DNA from: Candidatus Sericytochromatia bacterium
GTDB lineage: Bacteria; Cyanobacteriota; Sericytochromatia; S15B-MN24; VGJW01
Length of the DNA: 64,000 nt
Reading direction: 5' to 3'
Assembly (NCBI GenBank): GCA_035285865.1
Contig: JAYKHS010000003.1
Location: forward strand, 158,016-222,015
Shown: piece by piece, positions 18,513 to 29,436 of the stretch
How the letters are laid out: each line of letters begins with the position of its first letter
Numbering within the stretch: position 1 is the first letter of the stretch
The notes under the pieces: generated by a model
Told to the model about the DNA's origin: nothing
The model's database searches: none
Seen by the model: only the letters and a program-made list of their open reading frames with translations
Translations under genes and position numbers: made by a program

Positions 18513-18862
18513 CGCAGTGCCCCCCGTCCAAGGACGTAGAAGTAACCGAAGAACAACACCGCGATGAACGTGCCCATCTCGACAAGGCCCGCGACGCCCA
18601 GCTCGCGGAAGCTGGCGGCCCAGGGGAACAGGAAGACGGCTTCCACGTCGAACAGGATGAACAGGATGGCGACCAGATAGAACTTGACCGAGAAGCGCTC
18701 GCGGGACGAACCGACCGTCCGCTGGATGCCCGCTTCATAGGGCAGCCCCTTGGCCGCCACCTTGCGCCGAGGCCCCAGGCGCTCGATGGCGAGGACCAGA
18801 ACGCCGGGGACGATGACCGCCAGGGCCAAGGTGCAGAGCAGGGCGAAGAGCGAGGCGTTCAT
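18503..18862 (-). CDS. nuoA: NADH-quinone oxidoreductase subunit A
   Basis: PYEAG, RFSVKFYLVAILFILFDVEAVFLFPWA, GALRWE. Confidence 0.94.
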   Translation of the reverse strand: MNASLFALLCTLALAVIVPGVLVLAIERLGPRRKVAAKGLPYEAGIQRTVGSSRERFSVKFYLVAILFILFDVEAVFLFPWAASFRELGVAGLVEMGTFIAVLFFGYFYVLGRGALRWE

Positions 18863-18871
18863 GCGGCCCCC

Positions 18872-18880
18872 ATTGTAGCA
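18872..18880 (-). promoter_or_regulatory. Extended -10 promoter of the nuo operon
   Basis: TGcTACAAT 9 nt before the nuoA ATG, no SD sequence. Confidence 0.55.
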
Positions 18881-18908
18881 GAGGTGGCAGGCAAGGCCTG
18901 CCGCATCG

Positions 18909-19463
18909 TCATGAACCGAGCCGAGCCTGCAACCGCAGGACGCCAACCACGGTCTTGGCGTCGCGGATGCGCCCGTCGAGGGCCATCGCCACCACCTCGG
19001 ACAGCGGCAGGCGGACCTGCTCGACGAACTCGTCCGGGTCTGTGTTGAACCCCGCGACGGGCGAGAGACCCGTCGCCTCGAACAGGCGCACCGTCTCCGT
19101 CGTCCAGCCGGGCGCGACGTGAATTTCCCCGAGGGGGTGCCAGGAATCGGCTGCAAGACCCGTCTCCTCGGCAAGCTCGCGGCGCGCCGTGGACTCGGGC
19201 GCCTCACCCGTGGCGCATGTACCTGCCGGCAACTCGAGGGTCACCCGTTCGAGGGCGTAGCGAAACTGCCGGACCATCACGATCTCGCCGTCCTGATGCG
19301 CGGCGATCGCCACGGCCCCGGGATGCTCGACCACCTCGCGCGAGGCCGTGCGTCCGTCGGGCAACGCCACGGCATGCACGGCAAGGCGCAGGACACGACC
19401 GCTCCAGGCCACTTCCCGCGTCAGCCCCCGCTCCGTCAGATGGGGGAATGCGTCGTGGGCCAT
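18909..19463 (-). CDS. Nudix hydrolase, ADP-ribose pyrophosphatase (NudF-like)
   Basis: REVVEHPGAV, RQFRY, Nudix box ELPAG...ARRELAEETG, DAKT. Confidence 0.9.
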   Translation of the reverse strand: MAHDAFPHLTERGLTREVAWSGRVLRLAVHAVALPDGRTASREVVEHPGAVAIAAHQDGEIVMVRQFRYALERVTLELPAGTCATGEAPESTARRELAEETGLAADSWHPLGEIHVAPGWTTETVRLFEATGLSPVAGFNTDPDEFVEQVRLPLSEVVAMALDGRIRDAKTVVGVLRLQARLGS

Positions 19464-20389
19464 GGGCCATCCTCCGGGTGCTCGGCCGGCAGCCGATCCA
19501 CCATGAGTTGCTGCCGGACCGAAAGCACGCGCCGCGTCCTCATGATGGCGGCCACAAGTTCATCCCCCAGTCGCTCGGACCGCAGGAGTCGGTCGAGGCG
19601 AGGCTTGTCGACCTTGGCGACGCGTGCCAGCAGGCCGGCATCCGCGAGAACCTCCTTGAGCTCGTCCGCCTGATACTCGACGCTTTCGCGTCTCTCCAGA
19701 CGGAAGCGCACCTCTCCGGGCAGGTCCAGTGCGGGCGCGCCGGCCTCCTCGAGGTACAGCTCCAACGTCCGGCGCAGGGTGAAGTCCTCGACCCGCAACG
19801 CCTCGATCCGCTGCTGCACGTCGAGATATTCCCGCGCCACCATGTCGATGGTCCCGAATCGACTACGGTACCCTTCGAGCCGCTCTCGATAGGCGCGCTC
19901 CAGCAAGGGATAGATGTCGGCGAGGGCCTGCGCATCGGCAAGCGCGCGATGGTACTGCCTGGGTTGCAGTCCGAACAGGTTGACGAGGCGCTCGACGGAA
20001 AGGGCCTTGTCTCCCGGAAATACCTCGCGCGCCCACGTCTGGGTGTCCAGGGACCGCGGCTGGAACGAGCGTCCGCGCAGGGAACGAAAGGCCGCGTCGA
20101 GAAAGCCGATGTCGAAGGCCACGCTATGCCCCACGACCATCGGGTCCTCCCCGAGGAAGGCCTCGATCCGGTCCAGCACGTCGGCGAGCCTCGGGGCTCC
20201 TCGGACCATCTCGGCGGTGATGCCGTGGATCGCCACGTTCGCGGGTCGCAACGGGACCCCGGGGTCCACCAGCACCTCGTAGTCCGCAACCTTGCGGCCA
20301 TCTTCGAGGGCGACCATCCCGACCTCGAGGATGCGGTCGACCTTCGGGTCGAGTCCGGTGGTCTCGAGGTCCAGCACCACCACCCGCAT
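19436..20389 (-). CDS. DEDDh 3'-5' exonuclease (DnaQ-like) with C-terminal coiled-coil extension
   Basis: VLDLETTG, IHGIT, HSVAFD, HRALADA. Confidence 0.88.
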   Translation of the reverse strand: MRVVVLDLETTGLDPKVDRILEVGMVALEDGRKVADYEVLVDPGVPLRPANVAIHGITAEMVRGAPRLADVLDRIEAFLGEDPMVVGHSVAFDIGFLDAAFRSLRGRSFQPRSLDTQTWAREVFPGDKALSVERLVNLFGLQPRQYHRALADAQALADIYPLLERAYRERLEGYRSRFGTIDMVAREYLDVQQRIEALRVEDFTLRRTLELYLEEAGAPALDLPGEVRFRLERRESVEYQADELKEVLADAGLLARVAKVDKPRLDRLLRSERLGDELVAAIMRTRRVLSVRQQLMVDRLPAEHPEDGPWPTTHSPI

Positions 20390-22014
20390 CAGCGGGGCCT
20401 TGGGGTGCCTGCCGGCCGAGGGGGAAGCGGACGGGCGGCAGGACGCGCCGGCAAACGCCCGGCAGGCGTGACTCCGGGCCGGGGCTGGGCCGGTCCCGCA
20501 ACCGGGGGACGCGCCTGTGGCCGAGGCGTCGCCAATCGAGGCTCTTCACCGGCAACGAAGGAGACAGGCGCATGCACGGTGGACACGGCCCATGGAAGAC
20601 GCGGAGCCTCGGGCAACTCGAAGGAACCCGCCAGCTTCACCGCCGTGACGCTGAAGCGATAGGCTGCTCCCTTGCGCAGGGCAAGGGCGGGCACCTTGGG
20701 CATCCGCACCAAGGTCGAGGTGGTCCAGGCTTCCCAGACCGTATTCAGGTCCTCCTCGGCTTCCTCGAGACGCACACGATAGGCACTGACCTCGCTGCCG
20801 GCAGACCACGCAAAGGCCGTCGCCGTATCGAAGCCCACCGAGGGGGTCGCCCCCACGTCGGGCAGGTTGAAGTCCAGACTGAGGCCCTGGGCCGTGACTT
20901 GATGGGCATGGCCGTGGCTCGCGTTGCCCGATGCATCCACGGCAACGGCGCGGACATGGAAGCTGCTGCTTGCTTCGGGCTGGGGCAGGGAGAAGCGGTA
21001 GCGCCCATCCTCATCCGGCACGACGGAAGCCAGCATGCACTCGGCACCTGCCTCGGGCACATAGAAAGCCTGGACCTGACGCGGAAGCAATTCCTTGCGC
21101 GGGGAAACTACACGTCCCGCCACCATGATGCGCTTGGAGACGGCGCGCAGGGATAGCGCGACGGGCTCCGTCCGCCCCTCCTTGCCCTCGCCGACCCTGA
21201 CACCCCGGACTACGCCGAAAGCCCTGACCTCGCCAGGCTCGCCGGGCAGCCACGCAGCAACGGCCCGCTTGCCTGACGGCAGACCCTTCAGGCGAAACTC
21301 ACCCTCGGCGCCCGTGAGACCCAGACCTTCGCCCGCGAGGTCCTGAGGCAACGCTGCGGCCACCTGGGTTCCGGCGGCGGCCTTGCGGTTCACGGCCTGG
21401 ACCGTGCCGGCGACCTCATGCCCCTGCCGCTCCGGACGCCGCGGCGTCAGCCTCAGGCTGAATCTGCCGGATGCCGGCCGTCCGCCCACGATCGTGACGG
21501 GCGTGTAGTCGGGGTGAAGGATCGTGAATGCATAGGAGCCCGCAGGCAGGTCCTTCCAGACGAACTGCCCTTTCTCATCGGTCGTGGCGCGAACGGGCTT
21601 GTCCAGAAACGCCCCTGCGGGCTTGGGCGTGGCGCTGGGACGCGCAGCGGGAGCCGGGCCGGCGACCGCGGGCGCAGCACCGGGAGCTGGCACCGACCCC
21701 GAAGCGCCAAGCGCCGAATCTCCGGTTGCCGCCTGCGTGCCCGCCGCGGCAGGCGCGGCATCCGTCGCCTCCTCGGGCAACATCTCGGCCCACGCCTGCG
21801 CCTCGTCCACGGGCTTTCCGGTCAAGGCGTCGACGATGGTGCCCTTGATGGTCGCCTTGTCCACCTGAGCATTGGTCGCAGCGGCCCCGGCCACACCCGT
21901 TGCCGGCGGCAGTTGCACGCCGTTGCCGCCCGGCGAGGTCGGACTGGTGCTGGAGCAACCGACGACCAGCAGAAGGGCAGCAGCCCCCCGGCGATGGCGT
22001 GGAATCAAGTACAT
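20389..22014 (-). CDS. Lipoprotein with carboxypeptidase-regulatory-like beta-sandwich repeats
   Basis: LLLVVGC lipobox; IKGTIVDALTGKPV, TTDEKGQFVWKDLPAGSY, TGAEGEFRLKGLPSG, DEDGRYRF. Confidence 0.75.
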   Translation of the reverse strand: MYLIPRHRRGAAALLLVVGCSSTSPTSPGGNGVQLPPATGVAGAAATNAQVDKATIKGTIVDALTGKPVDEAQAWAEMLPEEATDAAPAAAGTQAATGDSALGASGSVPAPGAAPAVAGPAPAARPSATPKPAGAFLDKPVRATTDEKGQFVWKDLPAGSYAFTILHPDYTPVTIVGGRPASGRFSLRLTPRRPERQGHEVAGTVQAVNRKAAAGTQVAAALPQDLAGEGLGLTGAEGEFRLKGLPSGKRAVAAWLPGEPGEVRAFGVVRGVRVGEGKEGRTEPVALSLRAVSKRIMVAGRVVSPRKELLPRQVQAFYVPEAGAECMLASVVPDEDGRYRFSLPQPEASSSFHVRAVAVDASGNASHGHAHQVTAQGLSLDFNLPDVGATPSVGFDTATAFAWSAGSEVSAYRVRLEEAEEDLNTVWEAWTTSTLVRMPKVPALALRKGAAYRFSVTAVKLAGSFELPEAPRLPWAVSTVHAPVSFVAGEEPRLATPRPQARPPVAGPAQPRPGVTPAGRLPARPAARPLPPRPAGTPRPR

Positions 22015-22087
22015 GCGGGACTCCGGAGACGTCTTGGACTCAGGGTGGTGCATGCTACCCCGGCCCGCCATGTCGAGCAAACCCCCG

Positions 22088-22798
22088 TCACCGGATCTCC
22101 TCGTCACGCAGGATGGCCCCCAGCCGCCGACGGGTGTCGCGCAACATCGCAGCCGCGACGTGGTTGGGCTCGGGCAGACGGTGCCCCCGCAAGAGCGCCC
22201 TGGCCCAGTGGGTAGCCGCCTGGACATCCACGCCGTGCCCCGGCGTGACAATCACCGGCGCCCCTCCGGCACGCGTGCGCATCACCTCGCCGAGCACCTG
22301 CCCGCGATGAATCAGCGCGACTCGCGAACCCGGGTCCGGGGGCACCGGAAGATGCTGGCCAAGGTGGCCCTTGCCCCCGCACGCGATGGTCGGAACGCCC
22401 AGCAGCACGCCCAGGTGCCCTGCCGGCCCGAGCCCGGCTGTATGGGCCCACCCCGGAGCCCCGACCACCACAAGATCCGGCTTCGGTCCGCATTCCGACA
22501 GCACGTGCAGCATCACGGGGAGATCGACGAAGGCCGCGAGTTCGCGAATCGGGGGAAAGCGCACGGCCCGGTCGGCGATCGCCTTGCTGACAACCTCAAG
22601 CCCGGGCCAACGCACGGACACGGCGGCCGCCGCGACACGTCCCGAGGCCCTGTCCCGCAGCAGCTCCAGGCCCATCACCACCGACGGCACCCCGACCCTG
22701 TTGTCCCGGACCACCCGGCGGGCCAAATCCTGCTGAATCCTGTAGGCCTCCTCGGGGGGAACCTCGAAGGCGTGGGCAAATTGCAGGTCGATGTCCAT
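22088..22798 (-). CDS. nfi: Endonuclease V (Nfi) homologue with catalytic residues substituted
   Basis: EAYRIQQDLA, KPDLVVV, AH..GLG.AGHLGV..GVPTI, PVIVTPGH, RLPEP. Confidence 0.8.
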   Translation of the reverse strand: MDIDLQFAHAFEVPPEEAYRIQQDLARRVVRDNRVGVPSVVMGLELLRDRASGRVAAAAVSVRWPGLEVVSKAIADRAVRFPPIRELAAFVDLPVMLHVLSECGPKPDLVVVGAPGWAHTAGLGPAGHLGVLLGVPTIACGGKGHLGQHLPVPPDPGSRVALIHRGQVLGEVMRTRAGGAPVIVTPGHGVDVQAATHWARALLRGHRLPEPNHVAAAMLRDTRRRLGAILRDEEIR

Positions 22799-22862
22799 GG
22801 CTGCTGCCCCCGGTGTATACCCTAGGGAACGACCCGGGAGACCCCTGCGAGGTATCGGCAAG

Positions 22863-23858
22863 ATGGGCCTGCGTCCGGCGCGACGCGAACTGCTGCTGGA
22901 GCAACTGGCCACGATGCTGGACAGCGGGCTGCCGCTCGCGGGCGCGTGGCAACGGCTGCCCGAGTCCGGCAAAGACCCCGCGATTGGCGGAATAGGCAGG
23001 CGACTGGCGAGGGGATGGTCACTCGAGGATGCCTTGGACCGAGCCGCCCGGGATGGACAGGCCCCCTTCTCGACTTGGGAAATCGCCTGGTTGGCCGCCG
23101 GTGAGAGATCGGGCACCCTGCCTGCCACGTGCGCACGTCTCGCCGCGCACTGGTCCGGACAACGGGAGACGATGGCCCGGATCCGGTCGGGTCTGGTCTA
23201 CCCGGCCGGGCTGGTTCTGCTGATGCTGCTGGTTGCCCCAGTGGATCGGCTGATTGCCGAGGGTATGCCCGGCTATTTGCAGGCGCTGGCCGCCTTGATG
23301 CTGCGGGCCCTGGGTCTCCTGGCTCTCGTCGGGCTCGCAGCGGGATTCGCCGGCCGCAGCCCCCGCCTGCGGGAAGCAGGCCTGCTCGTCTGGGAGCATG
23401 TCCCCATCCTCGGCAAGCCCTGGAAGCTCGCGGGCGAAATTCGACTGACCCGCGCGCTCGCGGCGATGTGGCAAGCGGGCGTCGCGCTTGACCAGGCATG
23501 GCCCGTCGCGACCTTGGCATCTGGCTCGCCGGGTCTCCCGCATGCCGGGGAAGAAGCCGCTTCGGCCATCCTCCGCGGCGAGGATCCCGATGCGGCTCTG
23601 GCTAGCATCGGTCGCCGGTATGGCGCCGAGTGGGTCGCGGCTTACACGACGGGGGAAAGCACCGGTCGACTGGACGAGACGCTGGAACGCCATGCACGGC
23701 GCCGGGACGGTGAGCTCGACAGGGCGCTGGCCACCATGACCCGAACCGTCAGCCAGACCGGCTACCTGATCGTGGCTGCGATGCTGGTGCAGAAGATCGC
23801 CGGCATGTATGCCGGGGCCATGGACCAGGTCAACGGAGCCCTGCGGGACATTTATTGA
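22863..23858 (+). CDS. Type II secretion F / PilC family membrane platform protein
   Basis: QLATMLDSGLPL, AGERSGTL, LVYP, second repeat TGESTGRLDETL. Confidence 0.85.
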   Translation: MGLRPARRELLLEQLATMLDSGLPLAGAWQRLPESGKDPAIGGIGRRLARGWSLEDALDRAARDGQAPFSTWEIAWLAAGERSGTLPATCARLAAHWSGQRETMARIRSGLVYPAGLVLLMLLVAPVDRLIAEGMPGYLQALAALMLRALGLLALVGLAAGFAGRSPRLREAGLLVWEHVPILGKPWKLAGEIRLTRALAAMWQAGVALDQAWPVATLASGSPGLPHAGEEAASAILRGEDPDAALASIGRRYGAEWVAAYTTGESTGRLDETLERHARRRDGELDRALATMTRTVSQTGYLIVAAMLVQKIAGMYAGAMDQVNGALRDIY

Positions 23859-23947
23859 TTCCTCGCTGTGCCCGATGAAAAGACTTTGAAAAGAATCGCA
23901 TCAGGCCCACGGGCAGCCCATACTCCAACCAAGAGGAGCAGGACGCC

Positions 23948-24382
23948 ATGTCGAGCATCTTCGGACCCCGCAACTCGGGTTCCACCCCACCGATCCAGCC
24001 GATTGGCGGCGCGCCCGCGCCGTCGTCCCAGCCGGCACGCGGCACGGAAAGCCAGCCCTCCGCCTCCTCGGCACCGGGCGACGTCAACGGCACCGCCGAG
24101 CTGAACGGACGCTCGAGCGGCATCGCGCTCCCCGAACCAGAGGCATCGGCGGGACCGGACATCGAGGACCTGGGGGAAGGTGCCCTCCGCTCGACTGCGG
24201 ACCTCCGGCAGTTCCTCGAAGCGGCACGCGACAACGGTGTCGAGGGTGTCACCGCCGAGGACGATGGCAGCCTGTCCGCCTCCGGACCTGCACTCGAGAT
24301 GATGGGTCTGTGGACCGGCACCGTCGCCGATGACCGCAGCCTGGCGTCGCTGGGTATTGTCAACATCCGCCTCTCGGCCTGA
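23948..24382 (+). CDS. Hypothetical acidic protein with P/S-rich N-terminus
   Basis: GAGGAG RBS; GC3-rich codons; fills the gap before the uvrA stop. Confidence 0.65.
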   Translation: MSSIFGPRNSGSTPPIQPIGGAPAPSSQPARGTESQPSASSAPGDVNGTAELNGRSSGIALPEPEASAGPDIEDLGEGALRSTADLRQFLEAARDNGVEGVTAEDDGSLSASGPALEMMGLWTGTVADDRSLASLGIVNIRLSA

Positions 24383-24400
24383 GCCGAGCCGTTCCGGACG

Positions 24401-27256
24401 TCAGGCCGGAACTGTCCCGGCGAGGCAGGCTTGCAGGAAGAGACCCGTGTGGGATGCGGCATTGTCCGCAATCGCTTCGGGCGTGCCGCAGCCCACGATG
24501 TTGCCGCCGCCTGACCCGCCCTCGGGGCCGAGATCGATCAGGTAATCGGCGCTCTTGATGACTTCCAGGTTGTGCTCGATGCAGACCACGCTGTTGCCAG
24601 CATCCACGAGGCGCTGCAGCACGCCCAGCAATCGGTCGGTGTCATAGGCCGATAGCCCAGTGGTCGGCTCGTCGAGAATCAGGACGGTCCGCCCCGTGCT
24701 GCGGCGGGACAACTGCTCGGCCAGTTTGACGCGCTGCGCCTCGCCGCCTGACAAGGTCGTCGCTGGTTGACCCAGCTTGATGTATCCGAGGCCGACGTCG
24801 CTCAAGGTCTGCAACTTGGTCTTCAGTCGCGGCAGATTCTGGAAGAAGCCGAGGGCTTCGTCCACCGTCATGTCGAGCACCTCGGCGATGTGCCGTCCCT
24901 TGAAGGTGATGGTGAGCGTTTCCCGGTTGTACCGGGAACCACGGCAGACGTCGCACGGCACGTATACGTCCGGCAGGAAATGCATCTCGATCCGATTCAT
25001 TCCCTCGCCGCCGCAAGCCTCGCAGCGTCCACCCTTCACGTTGAAGCTGAAACGGCCGGGGCCGTAGCCGCGGGCACGGGCTTCGAGGGTCTGGGCGAAG
25101 GTGTCGCGCACGAGATCGAAGAGCCCCGTGTAGGTGGCCGGGTTTGAACGCGGCGTACGCCCGATGGGCGCCTGGTCGATGACGATGACCTTGTCGACAT
25201 GCTCCAGCCCCTCGACCGCCCGCAGGCCCAATGGCCGCGGACCGCCATGCAGGTGGAAGCGCAGCGACTCGTGCAGCAGGTCGTTGACGAGCGTGCTCTT
25301 GCCTGAACCCGATACCCCTGTCACGCAAACGAAGCACCCCAAGGGGAAAGCGACGTCGAGATCCTTCAGGTTGTTGCGTCGACATCCCGAGAGCCTGAGC
25401 GCCACGCCGTGGCCCTTGCGCCGCTCGGCCGGCACGGGGATGGTCCGGCGTCCCGACAGGTAGAGGCCAGTCCACGAGACAGGATGAGCGGCCACCTCGG
25501 CAGGGGGGCCGGCGACCACCACCTCGCCGCCATGACGCCCTGCGCCGGGACCGATGTCGACGACCCAATCGGCAGCCCGGATGGTGTCCTCATCGTGCTC
25601 CACCACGAGGACGGTGTTGCCGAGATCCCGCAGCCGCGCGAGCGTGGCCAGCAAGCGTGCGTTGTCGCGCTGATGCAGGCCTATGCTGGGCTCGTCCAGC
25701 ACGTACATCACGCCTGTGAGCCCGCTGCCGATCTGCGTGGCCAGTCGGATACGCTGGGCCTCCCCACCCGACAGGGTGCTGGCCTTGCGTCCCAGGGTCA
25801 GGTAGTCGAGCCCCACATCCAGCAGGAAGGTCAGGCGGGCCCTGACCTCCTTGAGAATCTGCTGGGCGATGCGGGCGTCCCTATCCGTCAACGCCAGCTC
25901 CGCAAAGAAGCCCTGGGCGGAGCGGATGTCCATGCCCGTGACCTCGGCAATCGATCGGCCCCCGACGCGGACGGCCAGCACCTCGGGCTTGAGGCGCGCT
26001 CCCCCGCACGTCTCGCAGTCGCGCTCGGTCATATACGCCTCGAGCTCTTCCTTGACCCGCTCGGACGTCGACTCGCCGTGGCGACGTGCCAACTGGCGCA
26101 GGACGCCTTCCCAGCGCGTCCGATAGCCGACCTCGCCAGGCCGGAACCAGCTCTCGCGATCCACGTGAATACGCTCCGGCGTGCCCTCGAGGATGACCTT
26201 GCGCGCCTCGGCCGGCAGGTCATCCCATCGGGTCTGGACAGATACCCCGAGATGGTTGGCCACCGCCTCGAGCAGTTGCCCGTAGTAGGGATTGCTGGAA
26301 CCAGCCCACGGAGCGATGGCCTCGGCGAGTCGCTTGCCCCCGTCGGGCACGATGCGCTCCGGGTCGAACTCCATGCGGCTGCCCAGGCCATGGCAGGCCC
26401 CGCAAGCGCCGAATGGACTATTGAAACTGAAGAGCCTGGGTTCGATCTCGGCGAACGAGAAGTCGCAGTTCGGACAGGCCAGGCGCTCGCTGAAAAGCAA
26501 TTCCTCGGAACGGGGCGCCTCGCGCGTGCCCAGCAGTTCGACGAGCATCAGTCCCTCGCCACGGCGCAACGCCTGGCTCACGGAGTCCGCGAGGCGTGCC
26601 CCTAGGTCGGGTCGCGCCACAAGACGGTCGATGACCACGGCCAGATCGTGCTTGCGGTTCTTGTCGGGTGTCGACAGGGGACCGTCGAGCTCGACGACCT
26701 CGCCATCGAGCCGCACCCGGACAAACCCCTCCTTGCGAACATCCTCCAGCAACTGGCGGAATTCGCCCTTACGACCGCGCACCAGGGGGGCGAGCACCTG
26801 GAAGCGCATGCCCTCGGGCAGCTCGGCAAGACGATCACAGATCTGCTCGACACTCTGCGGGCGAATGGGCACGGCGCAGGCGGGGCAATGGGGCACGCCC
26901 ACCCGGGCGTAGAGCAGCCGCAGGTAGTCGTAGATCTCCGTGACGGTCCCTACGGTCGAACGCGGATTGTGCGACGTCGACTTCTGGTCGATGGAGATCG
27001 CCGGGGACAACCCCTCGATGAGATCCACATCGGGCTTGTCCATCTGCCCGAGAAACTGCCGGGCGTAGGCGGACAGACTCTCGACGTAACGCCGCTGTCC
27101 CTCTGCGAAGATCGTATCGAAGGCCAAGGATGACTTGCCCGAACCGGACACTCCCGTAAAGACCACCAGGCGATCGCGCGGGATGTCGAGGCTGATGTCC
27201 TTCAGGTTGTGGGCGCGGGCGCCCTTGACGCGAATGACAGCGGATGAACCCGACAT
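24401..27256 (-). CDS. uvrA: Excinuclease ABC subunit A
   Basis: Two GVSGSGKS Walker A motifs, [19 protein letters not shown] twice, zinc fingers. Confidence 0.98.
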   Translation of the reverse strand: MSGSSAVIRVKGARAHNLKDISLDIPRDRLVVFTGVSGSGKSSLAFDTIFAEGQRRYVESLSAYARQFLGQMDKPDVDLIEGLSPAISIDQKSTSHNPRSTVGTVTEIYDYLRLLYARVGVPHCPACAVPIRPQSVEQICDRLAELPEGMRFQVLAPLVRGRKGEFRQLLEDVRKEGFVRVRLDGEVVELDGPLSTPDKNRKHDLAVVIDRLVARPDLGARLADSVSQALRRGEGLMLVELLGTREAPRSEELLFSERLACPNCDFSFAEIEPRLFSFNSPFGACGACHGLGSRMEFDPERIVPDGGKRLAEAIAPWAGSSNPYYGQLLEAVANHLGVSVQTRWDDLPAEARKVILEGTPERIHVDRESWFRPGEVGYRTRWEGVLRQLARRHGESTSERVKEELEAYMTERDCETCGGARLKPEVLAVRVGGRSIAEVTGMDIRSAQGFFAELALTDRDARIAQQILKEVRARLTFLLDVGLDYLTLGRKASTLSGGEAQRIRLATQIGSGLTGVMYVLDEPSIGLHQRDNARLLATLARLRDLGNTVLVVEHDEDTIRAADWVVDIGPGAGRHGGEVVVAGPPAEVAAHPVSWTGLYLSGRRTIPVPAERRKGHGVALRLSGCRRNNLKDLDVAFPLGCFVCVTGVSGSGKSTLVNDLLHESLRFHLHGGPRPLGLRAVEGLEHVDKVIVIDQAPIGRTPRSNPATYTGLFDLVRDTFAQTLEARARGYGPGRFSFNVKGGRCEACGGEGMNRIEMHFLPDVYVPCDVCRGSRYNRETLTITFKGRHIAEVLDMTVDEALGFFQNLPRLKTKLQTLSDVGLGYIKLGQPATTLSGGEAQRVKLAEQLSRRSTGRTVLILDEPTTGLSAYDTDRLLGVLQRLVDAGNSVVCIEHNLEVIKSADYLIDLGPEGGSGGGNIVGCGTPEAIADNAASHTGLFLQACLAGTVPA

Positions 27257-27369
27257 GCCTCCATGATAGCCCACCGGGGGGCTCTGGGCCCCGCATGTAC
27301 GGATTCTGGCAACACGGCCGTTCGCGTGCTATCGTTTCGGATCGTCCGATGCAGGAGGACTCTCCCGAC

Positions 27370-28365
27370 GTGGCCGAAGCATTGCTCAAGGTGTCCGGTC
27401 TCCAGACCCACTTCTTCACGGATGAAGGGGTCGTCAAGGCCGTCGATGGCGTGGACTTCGAGGTCCAGCGCGGCAAGATTCTCGGCATCGTCGGAGAGTC
27501 GGGCTGCGGCAAGTCCATCACGTCGCTGTCGATCATGCGGCTCGTGTCGGGGCCGAACGGCAAGACCGTGGGCGGCCAGATTCTGTTCCAGGGGCAGGAC
27601 CTCCTGAAGCTGCCCGAGGCCGAGATGCGCCAGATCCGCGGCAACAGGATCGCGCTGATCTCGCAGGATCCCATGACCAGCCTGAACCCCGTCCTGACGG
27701 TGGGAGAGCAGATCATGGAAGCCATCATCCTCCACCAGAAAGTGGATCGCGCAACTGCACGCCAACGCGCCATCAAGGCCCTGACGGACGTGGGCATCCC
27801 CTCTCCGGAAAACCGCGTGGATGACTACCCCCACCAGTTCTCGGGCGGCATGCGCCAGCGCGCCATCATCGCGATGGCTCTGGCCTGCGAGCCGGATCTG
27901 CTGATTGCCGATGAGCCGACCACGGCGCTCGACGTGACCATCCAAGCCCAGATTCTCGACCTGATGCGCAAGATCCGCACGGAACGCCAGGCCGCCGTCG
28001 TGCTCATCACCCATGATCTGGGCGTGGTGGCCGAGATGTGTGACCACGTCGCTGTCATGTACGCCGGCAAGGTCGTCGAGTACACCGATGTGAACACGCT
28101 CTTCGCGAACCCCGCCCATCCCTACACGCAGGGGTTGCTCAAGTCGATCCCTCGGATGGGCGGCGGCAAGGATCGGCTCGTGCCCATCGAGGGACAGCCA
28201 CCCTCGCTGGCGCACCTGCCGCCAGGCTGCTCATTCGCCCCGCGCTGCACCAGCTACCAGTCGGGCACCTGTGACCAGATGCCCCGCCTGACGTCGATCT
28301 CCGCAGACCATCAGGTCCGCTGCTGGGTCGCGTCTGCCGCCGCCGAGGAGGCCATGGCTCCATGA
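27370..28365 (+). CDS. oppD: Oligopeptide/dipeptide ABC transporter ATPase (OppD/DppD)
   Basis: [39 protein letters not shown] after AGGAGG. Confidence 0.92.
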   Translation: MAEALLKVSGLQTHFFTDEGVVKAVDGVDFEVQRGKILGIVGESGCGKSITSLSIMRLVSGPNGKTVGGQILFQGQDLLKLPEAEMRQIRGNRIALISQDPMTSLNPVLTVGEQIMEAIILHQKVDRATARQRAIKALTDVGIPSPENRVDDYPHQFSGGMRQRAIIAMALACEPDLLIADEPTTALDVTIQAQILDLMRKIRTERQAAVVLITHDLGVVAEMCDHVAVMYAGKVVEYTDVNTLFANPAHPYTQGLLKSIPRMGGGKDRLVPIEGQPPSLAHLPPGCSFAPRCTSYQSGTCDQMPRLTSISADHQVRCWVASAAAEEAMAP

Positions 28366-29378
28366 GCACCACCCCCCTGCTGCAGGTTCGCAACCTCAAG
28401 AAGCACTTTCCCATCCATCGCGGCATCCTCTTCAAGAAGCAGGTGGGCGCGGTCAAAGCCGTGGACGGTCTCGACTTCGACGTCCTGCCGGGTGAGACCC
28501 TGGGTCTCGTCGGCGAATCGGGCTGTGGCAAGTCGACCACCGGCCGGCTCATCCTTCGGCTCATCGAGGCCACGTCCGGCCAGGTGATGTTCGATGGACA
28601 GGACCTGCTCCAACTGCCGCCAGACCGGATGCGCGAGATGCGAAAGCAGATGCAGATCGTGTTCCAGAATCCATACGCGTCGCTTGACCCCCGCATGACG
28701 ATCGGCGACTCGATCGCCGAACCCCTCAGGGTCCATGGCGTGGGTGACGAGTCGGCCGTGCAGACCCGAGTCAAGGAGTTGCTGGAGCGCGTCGGCCTCT
28801 CCCCGACCTACTCGGGACGATATCCCCACGAGTTCTCGGGCGGACAACGCCAGCGCATCGGCATCGCCCGCGCGCTCGCCATCAAGCCGCGCTTCATCGT
28901 GGCCGACGAACCGGTCTCGGCACTCGATGTTTCGGTACAGGCTCAAGTCCTGAACCTGCTGGACGACCTTCAGGACGAGTTCGGACTGACCTACCTCTTC
29001 ATCGCGCACAACCTGGCCACCGTGCAGCACATCAGCGACCGCGTCGCCGTCATGTATCTCGGCAAGATGGTCGAGTTGGGCACATCGGACCAGCTCTACT
29101 CCAACCCGAAGCATCCCTACACCCAGGCGCTGCTGTCGGCCGTTCCGGAACCGGATCCCACGCTCAAGCGCGAGCGCGTGATCCTGCAGGGCGACATCCC
29201 CAGCCCGGTCAATCCGCCTTCGGGCTGCCGATTCCACACGCGCTGCCCGGTTGCCATCGACCGTTGCCGCGTCGAAGACCCTGCCTTCGCCGATACCGGT
29301 TCCGGCCACATGGTCGCGTGTCACCATCACCCAGCGGTGTCCTTGCCGATGGCCGGCCTGCCCGGCTCCGTAGCCTGA
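28362..29378 (+). CDS. oppF: Oligopeptide/dipeptide ABC transporter ATPase (OppF/DppF)
   Basis: [37 protein letters not shown]. Confidence 0.92.
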   Translation: MSTTPLLQVRNLKKHFPIHRGILFKKQVGAVKAVDGLDFDVLPGETLGLVGESGCGKSTTGRLILRLIEATSGQVMFDGQDLLQLPPDRMREMRKQMQIVFQNPYASLDPRMTIGDSIAEPLRVHGVGDESAVQTRVKELLERVGLSPTYSGRYPHEFSGGQRQRIGIARALAIKPRFIVADEPVSALDVSVQAQVLNLLDDLQDEFGLTYLFIAHNLATVQHISDRVAVMYLGKMVELGTSDQLYSNPKHPYTQALLSAVPEPDPTLKRERVILQGDIPSPVNPPSGCRFHTRCPVAIDRCRVEDPAFADTGSGHMVACHHHPAVSLPMAGLPGSVA

Positions 29379-29436
29379 GCGCCCCGCATTGCCTGCCGTC
29401 ATCCATCCCCTGTCCGTCCGGAGCACCCTACCCGCT

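Noticed and set aside
27257..27369. LexA box upstream of uvrA
   Set aside because: No convincing CTGT-N8-ACAG, GAAC-N4-GTTC or GTAC-N4-GTWC match.
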